Shown here: positions 48,290 to 63,153 of the stretch, one piece after another
How the letters are laid out: every line of letters starts with the position of its first letter
How positions within the stretch are numbered: the stretch's first letter is position 1
Origin: a virus
Taxonomy: Duplodnaviria; Caudoviricetes
Direction: 5' to 3' (one strand)
IMG/VR virus record: IMGVR_UViG_3300028591_000136
Coordinates: 37,108-101,107 of that record
DNA length: 64,000 nucleotides
Position numbers and translations under genes: made by a program
The notes under the pieces: generated by a model
Told to the model about the DNA's origin: nothing
The model's input: only the letters and a program-made list of their open reading frames with translations
The model's database searches: none

Positions 48290-51200
48290 TTATTGATTTT
48301 TACAGTAACCTTTAATTTCTTCTCCGTCTTTCTCAGCGTTCTCTTTAACTTCTTGTTCATACAAATGATCATTTAATTCATGCATCTTTTGTACAAGATA
48401 ATTAAATAATTTTGGAGTTCTTTGTTTTGTTATTTGAGATATTTTACCATTAAATATTCCGTTAAAATATTCTCCGTTATTGCTTCCTAATGGGAAATAG
48501 ATATATTCGTATTTTCCAGTATCCCATTCAGATATAATATCTTGTATTTCAGCATCAATAACTTTCTTAAACTCTTCGAAATCAGAATCGTTCCATCTAC
48601 CAGACTCTCCTTTTGCACCATCATGATACCATCTCTATGTACTAATTGGTCTTGCATTATTTAAACCCCTTACTACTGCAGATGTGACGGACGGATAAGA
48701 TTTTCCTTTACCATATCTACTAGAATACCACGAATTGTCTGATATAACTCCTTTACCAGACGTTCTATCTGTATTGTCGGTAAATACATATAAAACATTA
48801 GTATCGTTTTCCGCAGTAGATCTGTTATATATTTGAAATTTTATCTTATTAGTCTAACCATTTGTACTAGAAGGATTGCTTAAAGCTTTATTAAATTCTC
48901 GCATATTACCTTCAAACTTATCTATAAATGTATTGTAGTTATTTAAATATTCTACAATATTAGCATAATTCTAACTCCATTTATTAGTCATATCTTGTAC
49001 AACTTGTCTACTTATAAAGTCTCCAAGTTTGTATGCTTTAGATAAAGCTTCTTTTTTCGGAGTATATTCACTTACTCTAGCGTCACTTCTACCATACTCA
49101 GTCATTAAGTAGTTACCTTTAAGCTGATTACCCTTAGGTTCTACCTTAATGTATATTGGGAATTTAATCCAATTACCTTGTTTATCTTGCTTCATACCGG
49201 TGTCAATCTTCTCATATACAGTATATGCACGTTGACTATCCTTAGCAGCTTTATAATTTGTACGAGGTACTTTGATAAACATTGGAGCATTATTAGCATC
49301 AATAGATGGTTCATATACACCTTGCTCATTTAAAGCCAATGCTGCAAGTATTAGTGGATTGTACTATGGTCCTGGGAACGCAGCTGTCTCCCCACTATAT
49401 GTGATAAATTGAGGCAATTTAGTATTACCATCTTGAGTGGTCTTTGTAGAATAATACGTTCTTACAATATCGTTATCGAACCAGTTATTAAGAATAGCAT
49501 CTCTAAGAACTTCTCTACTTATTTGTTCAGATCCAAAGTTACGTATCTTATCTCTTATAAAATCACCATAACCAGATTCTTTTCTCCAAGAGAATGGAAC
49601 CTACTTAAACATTTTAGTAAAACCACCTTGGTCTCCAGATGTTACAAACGCATACACAACAAGATCTTCCGCAAATTCTTTCAATAGTGGATGTTTATTA
49701 TCGTGTAATAATTCATCCCATCCATCGATGATATAGTTAGATTCTACTCCATTCTAATCAAGAGCGTTGAATAATTTCAAGAATTTGAGATTTGCATACG
49801 TGTCAGGCATCTCCCTATAAATATTTGTTATAGGAGCATTATAATCAAACGTACGACCATGTACAAGACTTCTAAGTAACATATTAATAGGTTCTCCGGC
49901 TTGATCTAAAACATCCGTGTATTGAGGATCGTTTTTTATATCAAATAAAAGTCTATCGAATCTATCGTAAATAGTATTCTTTCCTTTAGTAAGTCTAATT
50001 GTACCTGTAGATGACGTTTTTCTTGTTATAGGTGTTGTAATTTCGTTAAGCTCTTCATTTACACCTGTAACAGGAGCACTAAGTGTATAAGTAGACGTAT
50101 CTTTATTATTTACAACATTTATTACTATAACTCCGCCATCAAACGTTTGACCAACTTTCATAACACCTTTCGTGGCATCAAATGTAATCAATGCTCTACC
50201 TCCGATATACGAAGATAAGTTATAATTGGATTTAGATCTTAACGATATATCATTCTAACCAGCTGGTTGTGAGAATTCAAATGTTTCTTCGCTTTCACTT
50301 ACAAGATCTCTAATATACGTAGGATTGTTTGGTCTTAAATTAGCCGCATAATCATTAATAAATTCTGATTTAACAGCCGCCATTATAATTCTAGAGATCT
50401 TATTATTTAAATCTACATCTTTAGAACCGCTTCTACCTATTGCAGATAATATATACTATACAGCATCATTGAATGCCGGAGTAGCTTGTAAGAATTGTCC
50501 TTTTAAGATATTTTCTGTCATCGCAATAGCATTTCTAGTCTTAGTTTCAATATAAGACTCTCTAGCCATTCTTCGAATGCCAAATTCATCAAACAATCCT
50601 GTTCCATTTTTATCGAAAAACAATTCCTCAAAACCTTGTTCGTATAATTTCTGTTCTGTATAACTCTTACCGTGTTTCTTTGTGTCAATCTTCGAATATT
50701 TAACAAGGTTTGATACGGAACGAGCATACGGATCAAACTGCATATTAACCAAATAAACAATGAACTGAATCTGTTCTCCAGTTAATTGCAAATCCTCTCC
50801 GTTTGCATTTATTGTAGATCCTATACTATATTCTTTATTAGCGTTTTTGCGTAATATACCTTCGTCTACAATGGTTTTAAATATATTATTAATATATTCT
50901 CTCATTTTAGATCTTTCCGGATTTACAATATCTATAAGATCTTCATACTTATACTTACCTATTTCCATGTCTCCAAAATGAACTTTGGCCACTTCTTCTA
51001 CAGCTTCTTTTTGTAGCTGATATTGAGATTTGTTCTTATTAGCCATATAACTGCTTGCAGCATTCATATAAGCTTGTGCAAGTTCTTTCATTATTGGTTG
51101 AGTGGTGAAGTAGAATGTATTCTTACCAAATCCTGTGCGTATTAATGTATTTACAAGATTGTATGTGTATGGATTTACATTCAATTTACTTATATAAGGA

Positions 51201-54200
51201 TCTTTAGCAATATCTACGTGAGCGTTAATCAGTGCAGAAATCCAAGACATTACGGAATTATGGTCAACATCTTCTTTACTTGCAAGATTAGTAAGACCTA
51301 ATGTAGACATTATAGTCCCTGGAATATCCTTAAATCTAACATCATACAACATCGTAAGAATGTGGTTGTTGTTATTCAAAGCGAACGGACCTATACCAAT
51401 CTTACCAGTAATGTAATCATTCTTGCGTTCTGTTTGCGTAGACAACGAATAGAAACTATATGGTGTTTCTTTTGTTGCAGCGCCACCTTCAAGTTCTTCT
51501 ACTATATCTGTAAGCAATTTAGTATCGTTATCGATAGATCTATGTAATATGTTTATAGTATTCTTATCAAGTAATAACGTAATAAAGTCTCTAATTAATC
51601 TATTTTGATAGTATTGTTCAGTACCTTCTTCAAATTCATCAGATGCTATATTTTTATTATCTACATTCCAATTTATAGTAGAAAGACCGAGTTTGTCAAT
51701 ATCAAAATCGGAGCCAGTAATCTTAGTAAATTCTTCTGGTAGTATTACAGTATCTCTAACTACAGGTAAAACATCTACACAACGTAAAGCATGTATAGAA
51801 GACTCGGCCTGTGTAGGAATACGATATGCAATTATATTGGCAGTTCCTCCGATTATACCATTATCTAAAAGCCATTGTCTAGCCTCATCAAATGACATTT
51901 CTCGCATCTTACGCTTTGCTATATAATTTCCATATTTATCTTTCTTATACTGACCATCATTACCTTTTACATATACATAATCGCCGTTGCTATCTAATTC
52001 GTATTCGTCAGATTGTACTTTTGGTAATATGTGAGAGAAATAATCTAGAGATAACACACAATCCATAGACCCTTCTTCATTTATCATTTGAAGACGTTTT
52101 CCATTGTATAATTGTCTGCCTACAATATTACCTTTATCTTGACTATACATACGTTGACCTTGCATAGCCCATACAGAACGCTGAATAAAGAATGCACCTG
52201 GAGTATTGACATCTACTACATCCTTATTGATCATAGAAATAAGAACACTTTCAAGCCACGAAGCATTTGATATAGCTCCAAGCGGTATAGATGTTTCTTT
52301 GCCTGTAGCAGTAGATATTACTTCAAGAGCTTTCATTACATTCTTATCCGCCCCTCTATCACTCATTAGACGACTAACTTCCTTAGCGAATTTCTCTATA
52401 TCTATCTATCTATCTGGAGAATTTTGATCTGTTATAATATCTCCAGCAGCATTTAATAGATTACCTTCATTATCAGTAACAAAGAATCGTTTATTAAGTT
52501 TTTGTACTCCTAAATCTGATAATGAATTCATAGAGCTCATAATACGCTGTTGTAAAGCTTCTCCACGTATTTCTTCACCAGACTGTGTTTTGTACATTCT
52601 ACCTTGGAATAAGTTGGAAAATATAATCTTTTGAGCCTGCGTACCCATTCGTAACATCTCGTCTTCTTTAGGATCAGTATTTAGCTGTTTTCTGAGATAT
52701 GAGAAATCTACGTCGTATGTATTGAAATTAAATGACTCTTTAAATGTAGGTTTCCAACTCCATCCGTCTATTCCGTGATCAGTAAAGTTGTTAGCGTTTT
52801 CAGCATTATCATCTTCTCTAAATTCAGACCAAACAATTGGTTTTGAACCTTGAGAACCTACTTTTACAGCAGAATTGACTAACAACATATCTACTCCCTG
52901 TTCTTTCATCTTATCAAATATATTACTCATCTTACCTGTAGCAATACATTCAAATATTGGGAATAGAGCCATCTTATGATAGTATGGTATAGATACTCCG
53001 TTATTTAGCCTTCTACCAAAAGCTGTATATTTTTGATTACCTATGACCGTAGTAAGTACTTTTTGATAAGCTTCAGATTTACCTAAATAATCAGCTTTTT
53101 TACGTCCTCTAAGAATATCAAAAGCTTCTTCGACTTCTTTTGACCAAGAACCCTCCATTCTTAGCAACATTTCACACATCTCATCAGTAACATATGCACC
53201 ACCGTCTGCAACGTCAATTTTGCCTGCAAAGGAGTTAGCAGCAACCTCAGCTTTCTATTTGCTCAAATTAAGCAATTCTGAGTCTTTGTAAGCGCTTTCT
53301 ATCTACTCGATGGATTGTTTATCCACCTAGTCTGTAATTTCCTCTCTAAGAGCCTTTAAATCGTCTGTAAACAGTCTTCTACGCTCATTAACAGCAGCTT
53401 CTTTCTCTATAGGCGTCATTTCTCTGTCTCCGCGAATAGTTTTTATATCAAAATCGAGCTGCTATTGCATTAAGTTTCTCTCTTTTTCAAGTCTATCATA
53501 TATGACATTTTGTCGCAGTTCTGAAGCATACATATTCTCACGCAAATAGTCTAATTGAGGAGATGCAATCTCTTCATTATCAACTTCTGCACAGCGGTAT
53601 TTACCTTCTTTATATTTATCAGGTATATTTTCAAGCTCTGTAAAGTTATTAGTACCAGTAGAACCAAGACCACCAAGACGTTTTAATTCATCTACCGTAC
53701 GATCTACAAGCTCTCCTTTACTATTATACTTCCATTTGTAGAATGCAGGATTTCCAGACATTAAACGTTCCATCTCTTGTCCAGACATTATAGCTTTATT
53801 GGATATATCATTTAGATATACTACAACAGCTATAGATTGTGCTATATCTTGTGATATACCTGGATATTTAGTCATATAAGCATTTGCTAGAGAAGAAATA
53901 GCTACATTATTTAAACCGATGTTCTTATAATTCAAATAGTTATTTTTGTTATTTCCTACCTTTTGAATTAAGCCTAAACTTTCAGCAGTAGCGAGTTCTT
54001 TATCAAGTATCTTGTTAAGATTACGTTTAATAAGAGCTTTCTATTCATCTTCTGTTCTATCAAAGAAATAAGCTTCTGCTATACCAAGGTTCTCTTCCCA
54101 AGACTTAGTATTATCGTTGAAAGAAATAAACTGTTCTCCTGTATAGTTATCATCTTTATCGTATGTATCTTCCCATACACCCAATAACGAAGAGAATCGT

Positions 54201-57200
54201 TTACCTTGTTCTTTATAATTCTTTACGTTTACTGGATCTGTTGCAGCTTTCTTAATGGATTCATATTCGGACTTAGCATAAGATAAGAACTAAGTTACTA
54301 CAGAATCAAGCTGATCAATACCTCCATCTTCTTCAGAATGGGTTTTTTGAATAGCGTTCTGTGCACTTGGTATTATATTACCATCTTGATCAAGTACATT
54401 AGAATAGTCTAATCCAGGTAACTTTATTCCCTAGAAGTAAACATACTTCTTTTTATCAGATAAAGTAAGTGATAATATACCACCAGATTCAAGTATAGCA
54501 ACTTTAGATAGATAGTCTTCTCTTCTACTTATCTCAAAATAATCTTGTCCAGTATCTCCTTGTTTATCAGTCTTAAAGCCTATTAAGTGATGTAATTGTA
54601 GTTTTAGTTCTGGATTCTTTGTAAGCTAATCTAACACATAAGAGCCATACGAATGATGATCTCCATTTGCATCTGGCATAGGATCTATATAGTAGTTATA
54701 TACATCAGCTTTAAGATCTTCATACCACTAAGTACGTTTATTTAATGACCTAATTGTATCTGAGAATAAATCATTATCGGACATCTCATAGAATCGGTTA
54801 TTGCCTGTAGCAAGTACAGTAAGTTCATCTTTAGAGTGTCTATATTGATATTTCCAGTTACCAAGCTCTTTTACAAATGCGAGATTTTCAAATACATTTT
54901 CAAACTTAACAGTTTTACCATTCTTCAGTCGTATATTTCCATCCTTATCTATATTTAGAGATTTTCCATTAGATATAGTATTCAAGAAATATAAGAAGCT
55001 ACTTATAGAATCCTTTTCGTCTATAGAATTTACCATCTATCTAAGAGCATCTGCATCAGCGGATCCGTATTTATGAGTAAGCATATAATCAAACTCGTGA
55101 ACATGTATATTTATTCCTATAGCGTTCAACGATTCACAAATAGCTCTTTTAACTTTAGCAAGTTGTACTGGATCGTTAAGATCAGTAATTGCTCTAGTTG
55201 TAAAATTACGTTTTGGTTTTGGAGAAGCGGCTATCATTTCTGGATCAGAATACTCACTGAACACATAATCTTCAGTACCAACTACATCCCATAGTACAAG
55301 TACCTTCTTCTATTTTACAGGAGCATCAGATAACATCTGTTTTAATCCAACATATAGTTGTTTTCCGTCCTTGGAAACTGCACTAAAATCAAACAGTCTA
55401 GCTATCTTTTTAAATGCTATAGCTGCTTCCGGATTGTTCGGATTAAATACAAGTTGTCCGTTTTTGTTTACCTTTAATATATCAGATCCACCTTTTGATA
55501 ATACTTGACTCCATTGTATAGGATATTCTCTAGCGTTATAATCAGCATCAGACGTCTACATATTAATAGTATATACACCTTCGGAATTCTCTACAGCTTT
55601 AGCTAACATGAACGTATGTCTATTAGAGCGTATAGTGTTCATCAACTATGTTAATAGAGCTTCAACGTCTGCATCACTTCTCTTAGTAAGCAAATTCTAT
55701 ATTCTAAGAGCTATTACAGACCACATAGGATCTTGATGAGATAATTTCCACAAACGTTGAACTAATTCATCAAGCGTATCAATATCCCAAAGATGAGAAA
55801 GAGCTTCATTAAATACGTATTTCATAGGAAGCATCTGTGGCATTCCTAATCCGTTTGTAGAAGCAATAAGATTATGATGTTCATCATAGTACATATCTGG
55901 AATGCTAGCGAAGAAGTATTTTACTCTTGAAGTAGACTTATCAAATCTACTAAATTCGTAATCCCATTTAAAGAAATTATCATCCCAAGCAGATGCTATA
56001 CTTACTTCGTCGCCATCTAAATCTTCTTCTGTTTCTTCTCTACGAGTTTTCTTATAATCTGTAGATATATTTGCAAACATTGCAGCAATATCATCAGAAA
56101 CAGCTTCAAATTTAGAATATAACTCTGACATTACTAATTGACCAGGTGTCTTTTGATCTGGTTCTACCTGAGTACCAAATATATCATATCCTTCCTTGAG
56201 TAATCTATCTGCACCTTTCATGAATACCTGTCTATTGATCTTGGTATTAGTTACGCTCTTGCCAGAAACATCTATATCTTGGCCGAGCATTATACAATAG
56301 AATGCTGTATTTTTAGCATCTTCGTACATAGGATCGTTCATGAGATGTGTAAACCCTTGACCATGTACCTCGTAATTGAGTTCGCCAAACAAATCTTTGA
56401 AACGTTTCTTTTCGGTATCATATTTACCTTTACGTCTTTCGCTACGATATTTACCACTATTCACGTCTCTGAATATTTGATACATCTGTCGATCACTAAT
56501 TCTAAAGAACGCGTTAGCAAAATCGCGAAGCCAATTAAAGACTTTATTAACAAAAGAGAATCTGGTTTTCCATTCTCCGGCTTTATAGTCCATATACCAA
56601 TCAGCAACATGTTCAGCTACAAGTCTATGTCCAATGTAGTCGTTATCTTTACTATCTTTGCTGAGATCTAAACCTAAATCTTTAGATACTTTATCGTATA
56701 TTTTATCTCTTATTTTAGCTGGTACAAACAATTCAAATATTCTGTGGAAAGCCTCGTGGTATTCTACACCTTCAAAAGCACCGCCATATAATACAATTCC
56801 ATCAGAATGTGCTAGACCAACAACAGAAGCAGTTTCTAATCTTGGATCTGTAGCAACAGTAATTATAATTTTTATAATAGCTGGATCATCAACTTCATTA
56901 CCTAATATTGGCCTAAGATTCTTTTTAATTTGCTCTTCTGTTAATTTAGGTTTATTCTTATCTTTACCTGCAAGTCGCTTCTCTAATCTGCTATCCGGTA
57001 AATCGTTGAACTGAATATCTATTATATCATTATCTTCTGGTTTTCCAAATTCTTCAGATATAGTAGGTACTTTATTTATCGGAGTATCTGTTTTAGTTTC
57101 TCCAAAATATCCAGCATCACCTACACTAACAAGAGGAGCTTCTATATCTTTAAAGTCTGTAATAAGTCTTCCATTTTTTATATACCATGCAAAACCGCTT

Positions 57201-60200
57201 AATCCATTACCTTGTATATCAGATCTATCAAACTTTATGTCTGGAGTTATTACAAGTGAATTTGTTTCTCCATGTTGTCCGAAAAACTTCTTTACTTCTT
57301 TAAATATACTCAGTGTATTGTTTGTATCTTTACCGATTCTAGAAACAAGAACCTTATTATGTAAAGGCATATCTGTATTCTGTAAGAACTATTTGAAGTT
57401 ATTTACAGACTACGGATCAAGCATATTTACAGATATAATTGGAGCTTGCTGAGATCTTATTACTACATGGAATGTACTAGGATTAACAGTATCTCTAAGT
57501 AAAGCATAACTTTCAGCACTTTCTATATTTTTTACTATTGGTAATAACAACGAAAGGGATTGCTTTCTACTTATTCCAGTACTAACAGATTTACCTTTTA
57601 TTGTAGTTATAATAGGTTGATCAATAGCGTCAATTTGTTTAAGTGACTCAATAATAAAATCAGCACTATCTTTAAATGTCTTCCTAGTTACAGTTATTGG
57701 CGTTGTATCAGTTGGATTCTCCTTGTGATTTAAATTTTTCCGCATCACAATAGTTCCATTTGGCTACTTCATACCACTCTGTAGTATTCTTATCTGATTT
57801 GTATCTCCATTGTCGAATGTAAAAAGGTTTCCGTCTTTTACAAATCCAAATCGTCCGTCAGCTGCAGAAAATTCAAGATCTTGCAGGTTTACTCCAGCTA
57901 ATAATGAAGTTTCTGTAAGAGCTACAGATTTACCACCATCTTGATTAACAATCTTACCGCCTGTACGTTTAAGCGCTGTTGCTACAATTCTTTGTCCTTC
58001 TTTCTTATCTTTTTCTAAACTTTGTACTTTCTATAAAAGTGCAGGAGTTGACCATATAAATATGCGTTCGTATGTTTTACCATTATATGTAATTCTAGCG
58101 TATACTTCAGGTTTTCCTTTTACTTCTTCTGTATAAAGTTCAATAAGACCTTTCTGTAGACAGTCACTTATAAACGTAGGAGACGCTGTTAGTTTTGCTA
58201 ATTCTTTATCTCGCTCAATTAAAGTTGGATTTATATTTGAATAACCAAGATGTTCTGCAGATGCTGAAGTTGATTCGTTTGGAGCAACAGTAGTTTTCTT
58301 TGGTACAAGTTTGTCATTATTAACAGCTTCTTCCTGTTGTGTTTGAACTATAGTTTCAGCCTCTTCTTTAGCTTCTACTACTTCAACATTCGGTTTTTCT
58401 ACAGGTTGAACAGCAGTACCTTCATTGTTAAGAATACCTTTCATTTCATCACTGAAAGATACTTTTATTCTAAATGGTTTACCGTTAACCTAATTCTCTA
58501 ATACAGAAACTTCTACGAGATTATTCTTTTCATCTGTTGTATAAGTTGTTCTAAATCCTACAACTTCTAGATCTACTACATTCGTAAGTTGCTTCTATAT
58601 CATCTCAGCATATGCAGTAAGCTAATATGAGTATTCGTTAGACTTAGGACCTTTTCTGAAAGAAGAATTATTATTATAATAATTAGAATTGGCATATATC
58701 AATACTGCTTTACCATTCTCCCATGTTATAAGTATATTTTTATTACGGCCTTCTGCTTCTCTTATTTGTTTCTTTATATCTCTAGCAGCTTTACTTAACC
58801 CCTTACCTCTAGGACCAGCTTTGAAGTCATCTTCTGTAAGTGTAGAAAGTAAATCTTGATATTTATTTGTACGATATACATCAGCATTTGTATATCTCTC
58901 AAACGGGCGTAATCCTTTGGCTGTTTTAAAGTCAATGATATGTATATTACCATATTTATCTACAGCTACCATATCTGTTTCTCCAGCAACCCATCCAGAT
59001 TCGAATTCTGAGTACCATACAATCTTGTCTGTAGATAGCATCCAACCAAGATCTCTATACTATTTAGCTAGTTCGTAGAGGTCTTTTATTGTATTAGCAA
59101 ACGCTTCTTTACTTGTATATAAAGAATTATACGTTTTATCTAAACTATTTGGATTATTAGGATCTTCTGATACTGGCAGATTAAACCATTCGTTTACAAA
59201 CTTTTCTCTATCGTATTCATACAATTCTATATTCCTAGGATCTCCAAAGAACATTCTGGCAAGATTATCAAACACGTTTCCTAATTGTAGAGCAGCTGCA
59301 TAATTACCATCTTGATACCAGTATTTAGGCATTACAGAGTGTACGCGAGGCATTTGTATAAGCTCGTCTCCTACTTCTATGAGATAATATTCTGATGTAA
59401 CTTTCTTTACACGAGATTTAGATGCTTCTGCGCGACGATGTAATTCGTCTATTATTTTTTGTTGGTTTGTATTTTTATTTGTCTGTTTTCTGACAAGTGC
59501 AACCTCCATTTTGTCAATACTACCGTCATCGTATTTAACAACAACAGTAGCGGTAGCTTTATTTTCACTTTCTCGTAATTCGTGAACACCGAGAACTTCT
59601 ACTCCATCTGGAATATATCCTTCTGCAATTTCGTATTTTTCAGGAAGCGGAGTTCTAGAAAAAGGATTTGTGCCGCGTTTTTCTGTCTTTTCTGATGCTT
59701 CTGGAACAACTGTAGTCTGAGGGACAGAAACGGTCTCAGAATGGCTCTAAACGGCCTCTACAGGCGTTTCTTGAACTGTTTCTACAGGTTGTGCAGCAGG
59801 TTGTTCTGTAGTTGTAGTTTGTGGTTGATTTTCTACACCAGATGCAGCCAATATTTCTTCTTTAAACTCTTGCTCTGGATCATTTGAAAGAGGAGCTTCT
59901 TCGATTTCCTCTTTCTCTTCTGGAGATATTATTTCGTTACCTTCATCATCCGTACGATCTTGGAAGTCCTGAAGAACAACAGACATAAAATCATCATCGT
60001 CATTGATAGTATCCTATGTACTCTTCATTACTTTCTTAGCTTGTCCACCCTTAAATATAATACGATCGATATCATTATTCATATCAAACTTTGTGCCAGG
60101 TGTCAACTCTTTGTCGTCTAAATAAGCTTTTCCTGTTATACGATCATATTGTTCTTTAGCTAAGTCGTAATCGTCTGTAGCAAGGAGAACTTGCCTATAA

Positions 60201-63142
60201 AGATCTACTAATTCATCGTGATTAGTACGATCATTTATCAAATCTCGTTCTACATCTTCAACATCGTCTAGATTAGTAGTTTCGGCAGCATTTGTAAGTT
60301 TAGCTACAGCTGGTTTGCTAATTTTAAGTCTATTATTTACATTATTTAGCTATTTCTAAAGTACCTTTTCAACGTTCTTCTTTTTAGATCTTTGTGCGTT
60401 TTCTATACAAATTTCTAGCTCCTATTTACGCTTAAGCAATGCTGTATACTCTGCGACTGTTCTGGTGCGTACGTAATCATTTACTGTTTTTAATAAATCT
60501 TCTCCAGATAATTCTTCAGCTTCTTCTACTTCTTTTTGCTCTTCTCCTGGTATTAACGCAGAACGTCTTTGTAACTCTTGTGTAAGGAATGAAGTTTGTA
60601 CTTCATCGTTTTTAGCGTTGTAGTTCTCACGAGCAATATTAAGAACTTCAGTTTCTTCCTCTAAGTGTTTTTCCGCAAGTGCTTTATGAGCTACAAAGTT
60701 ATTATATTCTTCCGTTCCCCTAGATATTCCTTGAGCGACTGCTTGTTTTATTGTATATGCGTCATTGGCTATCTTTGCTACACGTTCAAATTCTTTTTCT
60801 TCTTCGTCAATATATTCTTTTCCAATGGCATATTCACCAGTAGCTTTGTATTCATCTTCGTTCTTCTCTCTAAGAACATTAAACGCATCTTTTATATGTT
60901 GGAATGAAGAACTACTTTTAGATGCTTCTGCATATATACGACCTTTATTTAAAGCATCTATAGCAGAAGCTTTTTCTGTAAGTACAGTATTAACTATAGC
61001 ATCTCTTGCAGACATTTCTGAACTATAAGGAGCATATTGACTGGCTGTATTAACAACAGCAGTCTGAAGTCCTCCAAGCAGCATACCACCCTTTATTTCT
61101 TTGAGAGTTTCTCTATCAGAAAGAGGCAATAAGCTTTCCATTCCAGTAGTCATAGCAAGCATCAATCCTGCGCTCTTAGAACCTGCTAAGAAATCATCGA
61201 GGAATGTTTCCCCCATACTTTTTATAACATCCGAAGTATATTGTCCGGATTTATATTTTTCTGAAGATATATGTTGTTTTCCTTCTTCAATACCTTCTTC
61301 AACACTAGACAGTATCCATCTACCGGTAATATCCTTTAGGTAACGTTTTCTAGGTTCATTTAAGAACTTTTTAGCAAATGTTTGTTCTGGTATAAATTTA
61401 GATATTCCTGTAGCTTCAGATATATTATCTAAAACGACTTTTCCTACGCGACCAGCTTTATTTAAAATAGGTTTTACTATAATGTGCGCTGGAGCATATA
61501 CTGCACCCATTATAGGCCCTACTGTAGATCCGACAACAAATCCTTCTTTTAACCGGTTTATTGTTTCTCCGCGCATAAATTTACGACCTTTCGAAGTTCG
61601 TAATGCTGCATATTTCAATGCTCTTGGTGCAGTTATTACTTTTCCAAAAGGAACGACCTCCAAAGCACTTTCAAATAATGCTCCATATGTAGTTGCCATC
61701 ATATCGTCTTGAAATTGATTTTCAATACCTGTAGCCAACTGCATCATTTTTTTATTTACAGCAACATTGTTTGTATCATAAGAACCACGTCTAAATTGTT
61801 CAAATACCTAGTCGTCTGTTGCATTTTTTAAATTAAGCTTCTTACGACCTTCTAAAACAATATCATCATATAATGTTCCATTTTGACCTTTTTGACTCTA
61901 TAAATAATCTTTTATTCTCTCGTTATACGATTCAGATACTTCTGCATTATTTTCTGCTATTCCTGCACCATAGTTGAATGCCGTAGTTGCCAAAAAACCA
62001 GTCGTACCTGTGGCAAGCGCACCAAGTGTTCCATACGCTGCACCAGCTGCAAGAGTTCCTCCACCAGTTGCTATACCTAGCAACATAGCAGGTATAATTT
62101 TTGACATACCAGAAGTAGAACCGGCTATCAAACCAGGCATTCCATAAAGCCATGTATCAGCACTAAAAAAATCAGTGCCACCTTTATCGAATTTTTGCTG
62201 ATAATAATCGCTCACCTTTGGATATTTTTCTCTATCCTTTATATTGAGATCTATACCATTCTACCACTCTGCTATTTTATTATCTGCAGTCTATAATGCT
62301 GTTTTAAGGATTTCTTTTTGACGCTATCTAGTAATACCAGGAGTATATAGTTGCGATGTAAAACGCAAAAAATCTCCCATTTCGTCATGCATTTGAGAGG
62401 TTCTTCCAAATATTTTATTATTTGAAAATATATTAGCCAATCCGCCTTTACTTGCATTTCCAGATACAAGATCGTAATATCTAGATTTTAATCCACTTGG
62501 TATATAACTATCAAATGCGTCTCGAACTGGCTTTAACTCCTCATGCTCTTTTTGAAGAGTTTTCTATTCAAATAACAAATCTTCTATCTGTTGATTTACG
62601 TTTAACACATCCTCATTAGAATACATTTTTAATGATTCTAATTTACGTATTTCATCATTTATTTGATTTACGCGCTCTTCTATTTCCCAAGATCTACTTA
62701 TACCTTTCGATAATTCCTTCCAATGATTTGTACGATCTATGTAGCCTTGAAAATCTCCAATTTGGAAATCATTCATTTTTCTACCAAGATACGCCCAAGC
62801 ATTTTTAACATAATTGGAAGCAGTTGGATGTTTTTCTCCAATGTTGTCTTGATTGAATGTTTCTACAGTTTTATTGAATTCATCCCATTCAGAAAAACGT
62901 GTAGAATTTTCATTCTATTTTTTACTAAGATATCCATCTGGATCTGCTTCATAAGCTCTGCGCTCATCTTTCATTCGCTATATATCGTTTAAGATATCGT
63001 CAGTACGATCTATAGAAGCCTATGTTTCAGCTTCTATAGATCTTGTACCTGCGTTTATATCTGATATATTTTTTAAATTTAGCGATTCGTTAGCATATTG
63101 GCCAGCCCACGAAGTTCTTATTTTTTGTTTATTTTTAGCCAT
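48290..63142 (-). CDS. Virion RNA polymerase polyprotein (~4950 aa) with PD-(D/E)XK, zincin and double-psi beta-barrel RNAP domains; TAG-recoded
   Basis: Seventeen ORF-track fragments share one frame. The gaps read through contain only TAG (about 45 by manual count). Motifs GSDFDIDK (51695-51709), RIPTQ, DVADGGAY, HEAFH (56744-56758) and GETDMVAVD...IIDFKT. Confidence 0.88.
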
Positions 63143-63153
63143 TGTTTAATACA

